Shown: positions 1-8,080 of the stretch, piece after piece
How positions within the stretch are numbered: position 1 is the first letter of the stretch
Layout: every line of letters starts with the position of its first letter
IMG/VR virus record: IMGVR_UViG_2513237125_000007
Location: 1 to 64,000 of that record
Source of the DNA: an uncultured virus (IMG/VR IMGVR_UViG_2513237125_000007)
Taxonomy: Duplodnaviria > Heunggongvirae > Uroviricota > Caudoviricetes
Strand: one strand, 5' to 3'
Length of the DNA: 64,000 nucleotides
Translations under genes and position numbers: made by a program
The notes under the pieces: model-generated
Database searches by the model: none
Told to the model about the DNA's origin: nothing
The model's input: the letters and a program-made list of their open reading frames with translations, nothing else

Positions 1-906
1 ATGCAGGAACGTCCAGGACAAATTGGGAAATACTGGCTCAGTCGGCGTGCCGACTCTAAAAACTGGTATCGAACATGGTGTGAGTCTGCTACTCGACGGA
101 CAAAGCGCGCATCTCTTGGCACAACGGATATTCAAGAAGCGAAAATAAGTTTATACCTGTGGTACGCCAAACATGGCGATGTAAGCAAACAAACGCCACA
201 GGATATCCTCCTGGACTTAGTCCTAACCAGGTATTGGGAGCAACATGCCCAGAACACCACATCAGCGGAAAGCGCGAAAGCCGCATTGAATCGAGCATAC
301 AAGGAAGGGGAAATTACTTCGGTGCCATACATCATCCCAGGGAAAGACGCACCGCCCAGGGATCAGGTGCTATCACTTCAGGAGTCAGCCGCATTATGGG
401 AGGCCGCGACCCTATCTCATGAACGTATGTACCTTGCACTCGCTTATGGAACTCTGGCAAGACCAGAGGCGATCCTCGGACTACGGCGTGAGTTCGCAGA
501 CATCCAACGACGCCTATTGACGCAGAATCTACCAGGGCGCAAGCAGACGAAAAAGTTTCGGCCTGTCGTTCCCATCTGTGATTTTCTCCTTCCTTGGATA
601 CTGTCAGTAGACAGCGGTCCTCTGGTGCACTGGCACGGCAAACCTATTGCGAGCTTCAAAACTGCGCGGCGCGCATTACGGACACATGCAGGCTTACCCA
701 AGGACACCGTTCCAAAGGTAATCCGGCACACGATGGCTACCGAGCTACGCTCGGCAGGCATGGCTGCACAAGACATTCAAGGGATGCTTGGGCACCGTGC
801 ATATAGTGGGATTACGGACATCTATGCCAAGTAGCGGCCTGACTATATGGCCGATGCTGTTCGGGCTATTGATGCGTACATGGCCCAGCTGCGCGCCAGT
901 CAATGA
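1..906 (+). pseudogene. int: Degenerate phage tyrosine integrase (ORF 1..834; frame continues past the TAG to 906)
   Basis: Catalytic motifs LARP, IRHT, LGH and DIY are present. After TAG 832-834 the frame reads on RPDYMADAVRAIDAYMAQLR. The N-terminal part looks short for an integrase, so a core-binding-domain deletion near AESAK/AALNRA is inferred. Confidence 0.75.
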
Positions 907-1087
907 TTCACAGATTGTGCAACCTATTGATTCTATTGGTGGGCGGTACAGGGTTCGAACCTGTGACCCCTACCATGTCAAGGTAGATGGAGATTAGCAG
1001 AATCAACAACATAGACGTAATACAAACTACTTTGAGCCTCACAAAAATGCGGCTTTCAGCCGCAGTGCGTGTTAGTTGCGTGTCAGT
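890..1087. repeat. Putative integrase arm sites (TGCGYGYYAGT at 890-900, 1066-1076, 1077-1087) and IHF site (920-932) around att core 1
   Basis: 11-bp direct repeats on both sides of the core. AATCAATAGGTTG on the minus strand matches the IHF consensus WATCAANNNNTTR. Confidence 0.6.
937..986 (-). mobile_element. att core: 3' 50 nt of tRNA-Val(GAC), not a complete tRNA
   Basis: Reverse complement is CTACCTTGACATGGTAGGGGTCACAGGTTCGAACCCTGTACCGCCCACCA: anticodon arm with GAC, T-loop GGTTCGAAC, CCA end. No D-arm or 5' acceptor strand follows. It lies just downstream of int. Confidence 0.9.
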
Positions 1088-1165
1088 CTCTATGGTCTGC
1101 ACATACCTGAGGAGTAAACATGGATAAGGCGTCTTGTGGTAACCCCTCTGCCAAGTGGGTAAGCA

Positions 1166-1228
1166 GCCGGTAGAGGCGCTGCTCCAGCGCCACACGGGTT
1201 GAGCGGCCATCGTGGCCCCGCGTCCGGC
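1166..1228 (-). ncRNA. Putative structured RNA element, copy 1
   Basis: 63 nt nearly identical to 36818-36880; folds into a multi-stem junction. Confidence 0.5.
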
Positions 1229-1319
1229 AGGGTTACTATGCTGGATGAGGTGGGGGGTGGCGATATCGGAGAATGCCGCAGCGCGATGTAGGGGTTTCGG
1301 TATTGATTTCCTGAAGTGC

Positions 1320-2819
1320 TCAGATGCGCGCACGGACATAATCAGGAGCACCGGAAAGTATGCATGGCGCTTCGCCGTCCACTAAGTTAGGCACGGTGGC
1401 TTGCCCGTCGGTTCCGAACCGCCATCCCGACACCAAGCCATTGATAGACGTTAAATCCTTATGCGTGAAGAAATCAGTGATCTCGACACTAGAAAGCGCC
1501 CTGTTGAACACGCCCAGGCTGTGTAGATAGCCATTGAAATAGCGATCGGGTGATCCTGCGTTATAACGCCGTGCGATGGTGAACGGGGGCACAAGGGTTA
1601 ATGTGGTTGATGGTGTGCCACTTGCTTCGGAGTCCGTCCACGGTGTGGTGTGCGTAGCGGCATAGCAACGCCCCGCATCGTATTTGCCTGCGTGAGCAGT
1701 CCAACGCCCCGCCGTGGCAGAACCTGCGCCCTCGAACCCTCCGTATGGATTGGACCCATCCGCATAAGATTCATAATAGGTGAATGCGGTTTCGTCGGAG
1801 ACAGCGCCGATACGTAGTTGCGGCGTTCCTAATGCGCCGCCGCTGAATACCGCTTGACGTGTGCCGGTAGAGCCAAAGCTGCCGAGTGGGTTGTAAAGCG
1901 CCAGAATAGTGTGCGGCGTACCCCCGATGACCGACGAGGGAAGCGATGCGATATCACCCCATTGGTTTTTACCGTTAAACGCAACGCAAATAGCGGTCGT
2001 GTAGCTGGCTTGTCCGGTGATGCTTGCTGTGATGACGTCCGCTTCGCTGCTGCTCAGGAATACAAGGGCAGCGGCTTCGCCCTGTTGCAGTACAAACGCG
2101 CCTGCCGACCCGTTAAGGGTCATGCCTGCGCCTGAGGAGAGGGTCAGTGTTCCACTGGACTGGTTGGAAAGCACGGTGGCCATCCCAGACGATACCAGCA
2201 GCCCAGCGGGGACGGTCACCGTCTTGGCTCCGCTATATGTGAATCTCAAATAGCTCCCTGCCTGGGATTGTGTCAGGGTAGTTGCGGCTGATGCGATGTT
2301 TTCAATGCGCATACCGCCTGTGCTGCCACCACCTGCGGAAGCGGTATTGGCGTACACATGTTTATTCGCGGAGGCGTCCCACACCAATGCTTTTTTGTCT
2401 GCTATCCCGGAGGCGTCCACATCGGCAAGCGCGCTCACCTTCAGCAAGACGCTCCCTGTGTTGCCATTCACTGAAATCACCGGAACGGGGTGCCAGCCTT
2501 TTACGCCTGTGGCGTCGGTGCCGTAGTAGGACGTGCTTCCCGGGGAGCGTGCATCCCCCTCAAGGTTCAGACTGACGAAGCCGCTAGAAAGCGTGCCTGT
2601 TACATTGACTGAGCCTGTTGCAAGCAGTTGCGCATTGGGCGCGCTGCTACTGCCATTGGGGGGTGCGGTATGGAGAGCAGCTTGCAACGCGTCTATCTGC
2701 TGCTGTAACTGCGTTGCGGCATCGCTTGGGGATAACGAGGACAGGTAGGTGCGCCAGCTTCTTGTCACCAGTCCGGAGGCGTCAAGAAACGGTTCGTTAT
2801 TGTGGGGGATGGTGGTCAT
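1320..2819 (-). CDS. Putative tail fibre/receptor-binding protein with C-terminal LamG/concanavalin-A-like domain
   Basis: Last gene of the late operon; Ser/Thr/Gly-rich; C-terminal FNGYLHSLGVFNRALSSVEI..LVSGWRF is a LamG-type motif. Confidence 0.7.
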   Translation of the reverse strand: MTTIPHNNEPFLDASGLVTRSWRTYLSSLSPSDAATQLQQQIDALQAALHTAPPNGSSSAPNAQLLATGSVNVTGTLSSGFVSLNLEGDARSPGSTSYYGTDATGVKGWHPVPVISVNGNTGSVLLKVSALADVDASGIADKKALVWDASANKHVYANTASAGGGSTGGMRIENIASAATTLTQSQAGSYLRFTYSGAKTVTVPAGLLVSSGMATVLSNQSSGTLTLSSGAGMTLNGSAGAFVLQQGEAAALVFLSSSEADVITASITGQASYTTAICVAFNGKNQWGDIASLPSSVIGGTPHTILALYNPLGSFGSTGTRQAVFSGGALGTPQLRIGAVSDETAFTYYESYADGSNPYGGFEGAGSATAGRWTAHAGKYDAGRCYAATHTTPWTDSEASGTPSTTLTLVPPFTIARRYNAGSPDRYFNGYLHSLGVFNRALSSVEITDFFTHKDLTSINGLVSGWRFGTDGQATVPNLVDGEAPCILSGAPDYVRARI

Positions 2820-3598
2820 GCGACTCCCTGCCCGAAGGCGATCCAGTCAAAAGGGATGGGGGAGATGATCGGATCGGTGTTTTTCTCTTTGCTGTCTGCG
2901 ATCACGAAGTTAAACGTTGCATTGGTCGTCGATGTACCGCTGACGCTTTCTGCAACGAGGCTGCTGGCGGTGGCAAGTGCTGCGGTGACACTGGCTGTTA
3001 CGAAATAGGGGGTATTCGCGAACGGCTTTGGGAACGTCACCAGTTTCAAGGTGGCCGCTTTGCCACTGGCAGGGGCTGTGTCACGCCCCCACTGGATCAT
3101 GAAATTCCCAATCTTCAACATATCCGTACTGACGGTGTATTGGGGGTCCGGCGGACGTGGGAGGCTTTGCCAAAGCAGATTCTCGCCATCGGTGCCAAGC
3201 ACCTTACCACCCATCCCGACAGGGTCAGGGACTTCCCGAATGGCTGACCACAGCAATATCGCCCCGTTATTGGTCAGGAATTTGCTGGAATCCAATGCGG
3301 GGATGGTTAGGCCTCCGCCGCCAGGGATGGACACCCCGTCAGCCTCACCCTGTTTTGCACCGAGGCTGTCAAAGAGTTCGACGAAATAGGACCCTTGCCC
3401 CCAGATATCCACGTCAGGGCGACCTGAGCTATCCAGCCGAACCGCAACACCGTTGTTCACGGTCAATCCGCTATCGCCGTACACAGGGCGCGGGGTTGTC
3501 GTGCCTGCGTTATAGAACTTAAGCTGTCCGGCGGCCAGCAATTGCCCTGTCATTCCATAAAAGGTGTTCAGGCGTGAGAACAGGCGAAAGGCGGTCAT
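2816..3598 (-). CDS. Putative tail fibre/adaptor protein
   Basis: N-terminal head-binding-like LKFYNAGTTTP..LDSSGRP; C-terminal IQWG..VTFPKPF..WIAFG motif typical of tail-fibre C-termini. Confidence 0.65.
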   Translation of the reverse strand: MTAFRLFSRLNTFYGMTGQLLAAGQLKFYNAGTTTPRPVYGDSGLTVNNGVAVRLDSSGRPDVDIWGQGSYFVELFDSLGAKQGEADGVSIPGGGGLTIPALDSSKFLTNNGAILLWSAIREVPDPVGMGGKVLGTDGENLLWQSLPRPPDPQYTVSTDMLKIGNFMIQWGRDTAPASGKAATLKLVTFPKPFANTPYFVTASVTAALATASSLVAESVSGTSTTNATFNFVIADSKEKNTDPIISPIPFDWIAFGQGVA

Positions 3599-3618
3599 GT
3601 CGTAGACTCCTGAAAATG

Positions 3619-3640
3619 AAAACCCCGTCGAAACGGGGGT
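3619..3640 (-). terminator. Intrinsic terminator-like hairpin
   Basis: CCCCGTTTCGACGGGG followed by TTTT on the minus strand. Confidence 0.5.
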
Positions 3641-3693
3641 GTTGGCTGCAAAAACATGGTTTAGTTACGACGTAAATTGTTACCATATGGGTT

Positions 3694-3912
3694 ATGACTA
3701 CACCTATCCGCACCTTTATCGACAAGATTGCCCGTCACTCGAACGATTTCCTATCGGGATTTGGCCAGGCGTTTTCGCTGTGGCCTAGCGATTCGCTCGA
3801 CCGTTACCTGGTGCCTGACAACACCGCCTCCCGTATCTATGAAAACTTCGCGCGTGTTGGCGGGTACATGGATTCAGCGATGCAAAAGGTGATGGGTGAG
3901 CAGGAAGCGTGA
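3694..3912 (+). CDS. Moron, small hypothetical protein
   Basis: 72-aa ORF in the gap between structural genes, on the opposite strand; GTGA-coupled to the next ORF. Confidence 0.55.
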   Translation: MTTPIRTFIDKIARHSNDFLSGFGQAFSLWPSDSLDRYLVPDNTASRIYENFARVGGYMDSAMQKVMGEQEA

Positions 3913-4142
3913 TGGAAATTTTCTGGAAGGTGTTCATCATGCTTTTCGTCTTCCCTGTAGTGATTTCGCTTTACGCGGCGGCAGTGCATTTTCTTGGCGC
4001 GTTCATCGTCAGAATCTCGCCGCGCTGGCTGGTACGTGTGTTTTCCATCAAGCTATGGACCACTGAATTTGACAAAGGGCGCGCCGTCAACCGCATCGCA
4101 TTGCAGGCCGAAGACAAGCTCAATAAGCGTTTTGATCGCTAA
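3909..4142 (+). CDS. Moron, small membrane protein
   Basis: Hydrophobic N-terminal half; opposite strand to the late operon. Confidence 0.55.
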   Translation: MMEIFWKVFIMLFVFPVVISLYAAAVHFLGAFIVRISPRWLVRVFSIKLWTTEFDKGRAVNRIALQAEDKLNKRFDR

Positions 4143-5908
4143 GGAATCTCCTCTTGAAGAAGCTTCTTGCTACCTGCCAGAGTGGTGATCTGGCCCGCAC
4201 GGCCTAGCCCTTTACGCAAGCCACCCTTTGCGCCTTGAGCCGCCAGCAGATTGGCAAAGAAGTCCGGTTTGCCTGCATTACGCGCAAGCCAGTTCCCTGT
4301 GAACGGCGAGTTCAATGCGCGTCCGACGGTCGCACCGCCTGCCAATGCGGTCAGGGCCGGAACAATGCCACCTGCCAGGGCCCCCCCGCCGCCAAAGAGA
4401 TTCAGCGAAACTAACCGGCCCATTGTCCCTGAATCCGGAATGGGGTCCTTTAGCAGGTTTTGACCCACTTTGGCCAACTCGCGGAATTCCTGCGTGGCCT
4501 TCGGGCCGCGAGCGTTGACCGCACTCCATAGCGCCGCTGGGGCGATATCGGCCTTTGCGCCGGGCTGGCGAGTGAGCAGCTTCTCCAATGTTTTGAAGTT
4601 GTTGTACTTCCGGTTTGTTTGTTGCAGTAACGCCATATCAGAGGGGGTGATGGAGCTTTCCGCATCGCCGATCAGCTCCTTACGCAGCCGCCCGACATAG
4701 TTGCCGACCGATGTTCCAGGCTGCACCTGGGCTAGGGTACGCGCGAGCCGCTGGTAGTTCCTGCCGCTGATCGTCCCTTCCTGCCCTGCTTGCGCAATGT
4801 CATCCAGAATGCGCCCGAACTGGTTTTCGACCACCTTGCCGCCATCGGTACCGAGATCGCGGTAGGCATTCTGCACAATCTGATGCATCCGTGTGGCTGT
4901 TTCAGGGGAGATCGTGACATCGTTACGGTTCCAGATCGTGTCGTAGGCCTCGCCTAATGCCTGCTTCTGTCTGGCGATCCAGCTGTCATCCAGCCGATCC
5001 GTCGCATCGCCTACGTGGCGTGTGAGTGCGCGATTCCAGGCGTTCTGCTGGTTCCGTGCAGCGGCATCGGCTCCGCTGAAGGGGAGGTACTTGGCCATAC
5101 TGGCCATCGTGCGCGCCGGTGTGGATTGGGCTACCTGAGAAATATGCAGCGGGATGCCTTCACGCTGGGCAATGGTGATATCTGCTTGGAGGAGCGGATC
5201 GCCACGACGTGCTAAACCACCCGTCACACCTCTGGCAGCACCCAGTGCCCCACGCGCTGCAACCCCGCCCAGCGCGCCATAACCTGCATTGGCCAGCCGG
5301 TTTTCCCCTGTACGGGTTTCCCCTAATGCGCCGTAGCCTGCGCCTTCCGCCGCCGCCACACCGGCCTTGGCGGCGAGCTGTGCCGCCTTGCCCGCCTGCC
5401 CCAACCGCCCAAGTACGGCAGCCTCAGGGCCTCCAATAACGGCTGTCGCTGCATACGGCAATACGCGGCCTATAAATCCAGAAACACCGTTGACCCCTTC
5501 CTGCATCGGCGCATCGGCATCAATACGCTGTTGCAGGGCGCGCCCCCTAGCTGAGTCTTTAGGGGTGACCAACTGCTGAAGGCCGCGCCCGATGCGGTTC
5601 ATCTCTGCGCCTGCCGCGATGAAGGGGCGTTGATACCAGGGAGAGTCGTCGTACACCTGACGCGCAATCGCCGCTTGATCGACGGGCGGCGCGGGATGGA
5701 CAGGACCGCCAGGCGCACGCCCCTGTTGCTGCTGTTTCGGTGCCGTATCTGTATCAAAAGCGCGACGAACCTCCGCAAGTTCCTCCTGATTAACAACGTT
5801 CGGGGCTACCACATGGTCGAAATATTCGTTACGTGCTTCTTCACGTTCCTGGGGGGATAGCGCCATGTACTGCGGCGATGAGGCAACCTCGCTCCATTTT
5901 TTGGCCAT
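4139..5908 (-). CDS. Internal virion/DNA ejection protein
   Basis: Large Ala/Gly-rich ORF at the position of the P22 gp16-like ejection gene. Confidence 0.65.
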   Translation of the reverse strand: MAKKWSEVASSPQYMALSPQEREEARNEYFDHVVAPNVVNQEELAEVRRAFDTDTAPKQQQQGRAPGGPVHPAPPVDQAAIARQVYDDSPWYQRPFIAAGAEMNRIGRGLQQLVTPKDSARGRALQQRIDADAPMQEGVNGVSGFIGRVLPYAATAVIGGPEAAVLGRLGQAGKAAQLAAKAGVAAAEGAGYGALGETRTGENRLANAGYGALGGVAARGALGAARGVTGGLARRGDPLLQADITIAQREGIPLHISQVAQSTPARTMASMAKYLPFSGADAAARNQQNAWNRALTRHVGDATDRLDDSWIARQKQALGEAYDTIWNRNDVTISPETATRMHQIVQNAYRDLGTDGGKVVENQFGRILDDIAQAGQEGTISGRNYQRLARTLAQVQPGTSVGNYVGRLRKELIGDAESSITPSDMALLQQTNRKYNNFKTLEKLLTRQPGAKADIAPAALWSAVNARGPKATQEFRELAKVGQNLLKDPIPDSGTMGRLVSLNLFGGGGALAGGIVPALTALAGGATVGRALNSPFTGNWLARNAGKPDFFANLLAAQGAKGGLRKGLGRAGQITTLAGSKKLLQEEIP

Positions 5909-5911
5909 GCT

Positions 5912-7120
5912 TCAATCCCCCCACACATGGCGGTACTTGTCCCCCGCAGTGGGTGTCGCCGTGTTTGCCGGTGTTTTTGCGGGAGTAGATACACCCATTT
6001 GTGGAGGGGGGGCCGAGGCAGCCTTGTCCGTCATTTTTTTAATAGTGCTCAGGCTTGCTTCGAGCTCATCATGAGAAACCCCGGGTCTCAACGTGGCAAT
6101 TGAGCTTTTAAGCAATTCCAGTTCTTTTTCGCTCAGCGCTCCGAAGCCGGAGGCACCCTGAGGAGAGAGTGCCTTTAAGCGCTGCATCGTGGTCAATGCC
6201 ACCTGTCCGGCGATGTTATCCAGTTGCGCTTGCGCGTCAGTGGCACGCGTATATGGAAGTTTCGACAGGCCCCCACCTATGAGCGTACCCAGTTGCTTGT
6301 AGCCTTTCGACGTCTGCAACTTGTCGATTGCATCGCTCAGGCTTTGCGCGCTCCCCACGTATTCGTTGTAGCGAGCCATCGCCGCTTGGTGCACCTGATT
6401 GTTTTTCATATCCAGCGCCGCTTGCTTCGTAGCGGCAACATCCCTGCGATTTTCACTTTCAAGCGCCAGGCGTTCTCGGCTCAGCGCCAGTTGCGCCTGC
6501 TGGTACGGCGTGATCATCTGGGAGGTATCAGGCTTGGGCTCAATCCCCGGAACCGGCGTGAATACAGGCGTGCCATCGGGAGCCATTTTGACGAACCCTC
6601 CCCGTGCCGCGTCGTATTGCGGTTTTTCCTGTAAGGGCGCTTCGGCCACCAGTGTGTTATTACTGTCATACCGACGTGCCCCCGGAGCGAGCGTGTACGG
6701 CTGCGCGCTTGGGCCTCTTTGCAGCATGGCCAGATGCGCTTTGGCGGTTTGATCCAGGGAGACAGGGTCGTATTGGTCCGGCAGCTGGAGCCCAGCGGCC
6801 CGGGACTGAGGGGCGATAAAGGTATCGTAAAAGTGTTGCCGCTGCTCGGGGGGCGCGTTGGCCGTGGACAGCCACGCACTGGCCAACCCTGCGGCGGCTT
6901 TCTGTTGCCGGTCCTGTGTGGCTTGTGCGTCCTGCTGCAACTGCTGCTGCACTTTATAACCAGCCATCGGGTCAACGCCATGTAAGGCGCGCATGTAATC
7001 ATCGCGCTGGGCGCTATCGGGGGCGGTCAGGGTTTGACCGGCAAGGCGGTTAATGGCACGCAATCGGCCTGTGTCACCGCCTTTTTTGATGTACTCGTAA
7101 ATTTCTAATGGGTTCGCCAC
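5912..7120 (-). CDS. Internal virion/DNA ejection protein
   Basis: Gln/Ala-rich with GALSEKELELL motif; P22 gp20-like position. Confidence 0.6.
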   Translation of the reverse strand: MANPLEIYEYIKKGGDTGRLRAINRLAGQTLTAPDSAQRDDYMRALHGVDPMAGYKVQQQLQQDAQATQDRQQKAAAGLASAWLSTANAPPEQRQHFYDTFIAPQSRAAGLQLPDQYDPVSLDQTAKAHLAMLQRGPSAQPYTLAPGARRYDSNNTLVAEAPLQEKPQYDAARGGFVKMAPDGTPVFTPVPGIEPKPDTSQMITPYQQAQLALSRERLALESENRRDVAATKQAALDMKNNQVHQAAMARYNEYVGSAQSLSDAIDKLQTSKGYKQLGTLIGGGLSKLPYTRATDAQAQLDNIAGQVALTTMQRLKALSPQGASGFGALSEKELELLKSSIATLRPGVSHDELEASLSTIKKMTDKAASAPPPQMGVSTPAKTPANTATPTAGDKYRHVWGD

Positions 7121-7123
7121 GGC

Positions 7124-7831
7124 TTAACCTCCCGCGTACCATTGGTGTTGTCTGTAGGGGTCACTGATATAGGGGTTGCGTGCGTAGGGATCAGCCGTAG
7201 AGGCGTTCCCAAAAGACGCCCCGTTGTTGGTGTGGCGTTGCCGTCCCTCGTACCAGTCATTCAAGGTATTCCCCACACTGGCAAGCATGTTCGTGGTGTT
7301 GTCGGCGCTTCTGTTCGCGGCCCAGCCTTGCGCCTGAGCCGCATTGTTGAACAGGTTGCCCATGTTGGCAGCGTAGTTCTGCCCAAAACCGGCCAGATGA
7401 CTAGAGGCGGCTTGTCCTGCATTAGACATCCCTGCTAATCGGTTCCAGTAGTTGTTAAGGTTCTGCATCGCCAAACCCTGGGCGTAGTTCACAAGGTCCG
7501 CCTGATGCCCGCCGGAGTACAGCGAGCCACGTGCGGCGGCGCTGCGATCCACGCCCTGCAACCCCTGCTGCAACGCGTACGCGTAATCAGGGGAGTTCTG
7601 GAAGCCGGAATAATCGCCATGTAGTACGGCTTGCTGTCCGGCCAGCGCGTTTTGCCCCGCCGTCAGCCAAGGCATCTGGTCCTGCCGTGTCTGGTTGTAC
7701 TGGCGCTGCTGTTCGGCGATCGCCGCCTGGTTGGCCTGTGTTTGTGCATCCGCCGCCCGATGGGCGGAGCGGTTGGAGATAATACTACCGAGGATAGAAC
7801 CCGCCGCAGGAATAAGAGAAGCCCAAGGCAT
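7124..7831 (-). CDS. DNA injection protein (P22 gp7-like)
   Basis: Q/N-rich; FQNSPDY..SAAARGSLYSG motif; gene position. Confidence 0.7.
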   Translation of the reverse strand: MPWASLIPAAGSILGSIISNRSAHRAADAQTQANQAAIAEQQRQYNQTRQDQMPWLTAGQNALAGQQAVLHGDYSGFQNSPDYAYALQQGLQGVDRSAAARGSLYSGGHQADLVNYAQGLAMQNLNNYWNRLAGMSNAGQAASSHLAGFGQNYAANMGNLFNNAAQAQGWAANRSADNTTNMLASVGNTLNDWYEGRQRHTNNGASFGNASTADPYARNPYISDPYRQHQWYAGG

Positions 7832-7861
7832 TACGATTGCTCCAGAAAGAAGGATGAGGGG

Positions 7862-8080
7862 TTAGGCAGGCCCTGCTGAGGCTTGCAGCGACATCGCCAG
7901 CAGATGAGCGACCACAGGATCAGTGATACGGATGTCGAACACCCACTGCCGCCCTTGCCCAAGGCGGTAACGTCTGACGCGCTTCTGAAATGCACCCACG
8001 TCGCCAAGATCGCGTTCTACCCAGGCCGACCAGTTGTGGCCGCCGTCTTTGCTGTAGCGGAGCATCACTTTTCGGCTCAT
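7862..8080 (-). CDS. Separately encoded C-terminal segment of gp10 tail hub
   Basis: MSRKVMLRYSKDGGHNWS..RLGQGRQWVFDIRITDPV resembles the gp10 C-terminus; ATGA overlap with the upstream stop. Confidence 0.65.
   Translation of the reverse strand: MSRKVMLRYSKDGGHNWSAWVERDLGDVGAFQKRVRRYRLGQGRQWVFDIRITDPVVAHLLAMSLQASAGPA

Noticed and set aside
937..986. Functional tRNA-Val gene
   Set aside because: The 5' acceptor strand and D-arm are absent; it is only an att core
1166..1228. HDV-like or other known self-cleaving ribozyme
   Set aside because: I could not fit the nested P3/L3 pseudoknot or a hammerhead/twister core by eye; left as an unknown structure
908..1351. 147-aa minus-strand ORF across the att site
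   Set aside because: Runs over the att core and the structured element, has no recognisable motif, and the frame is not evident at the second copy
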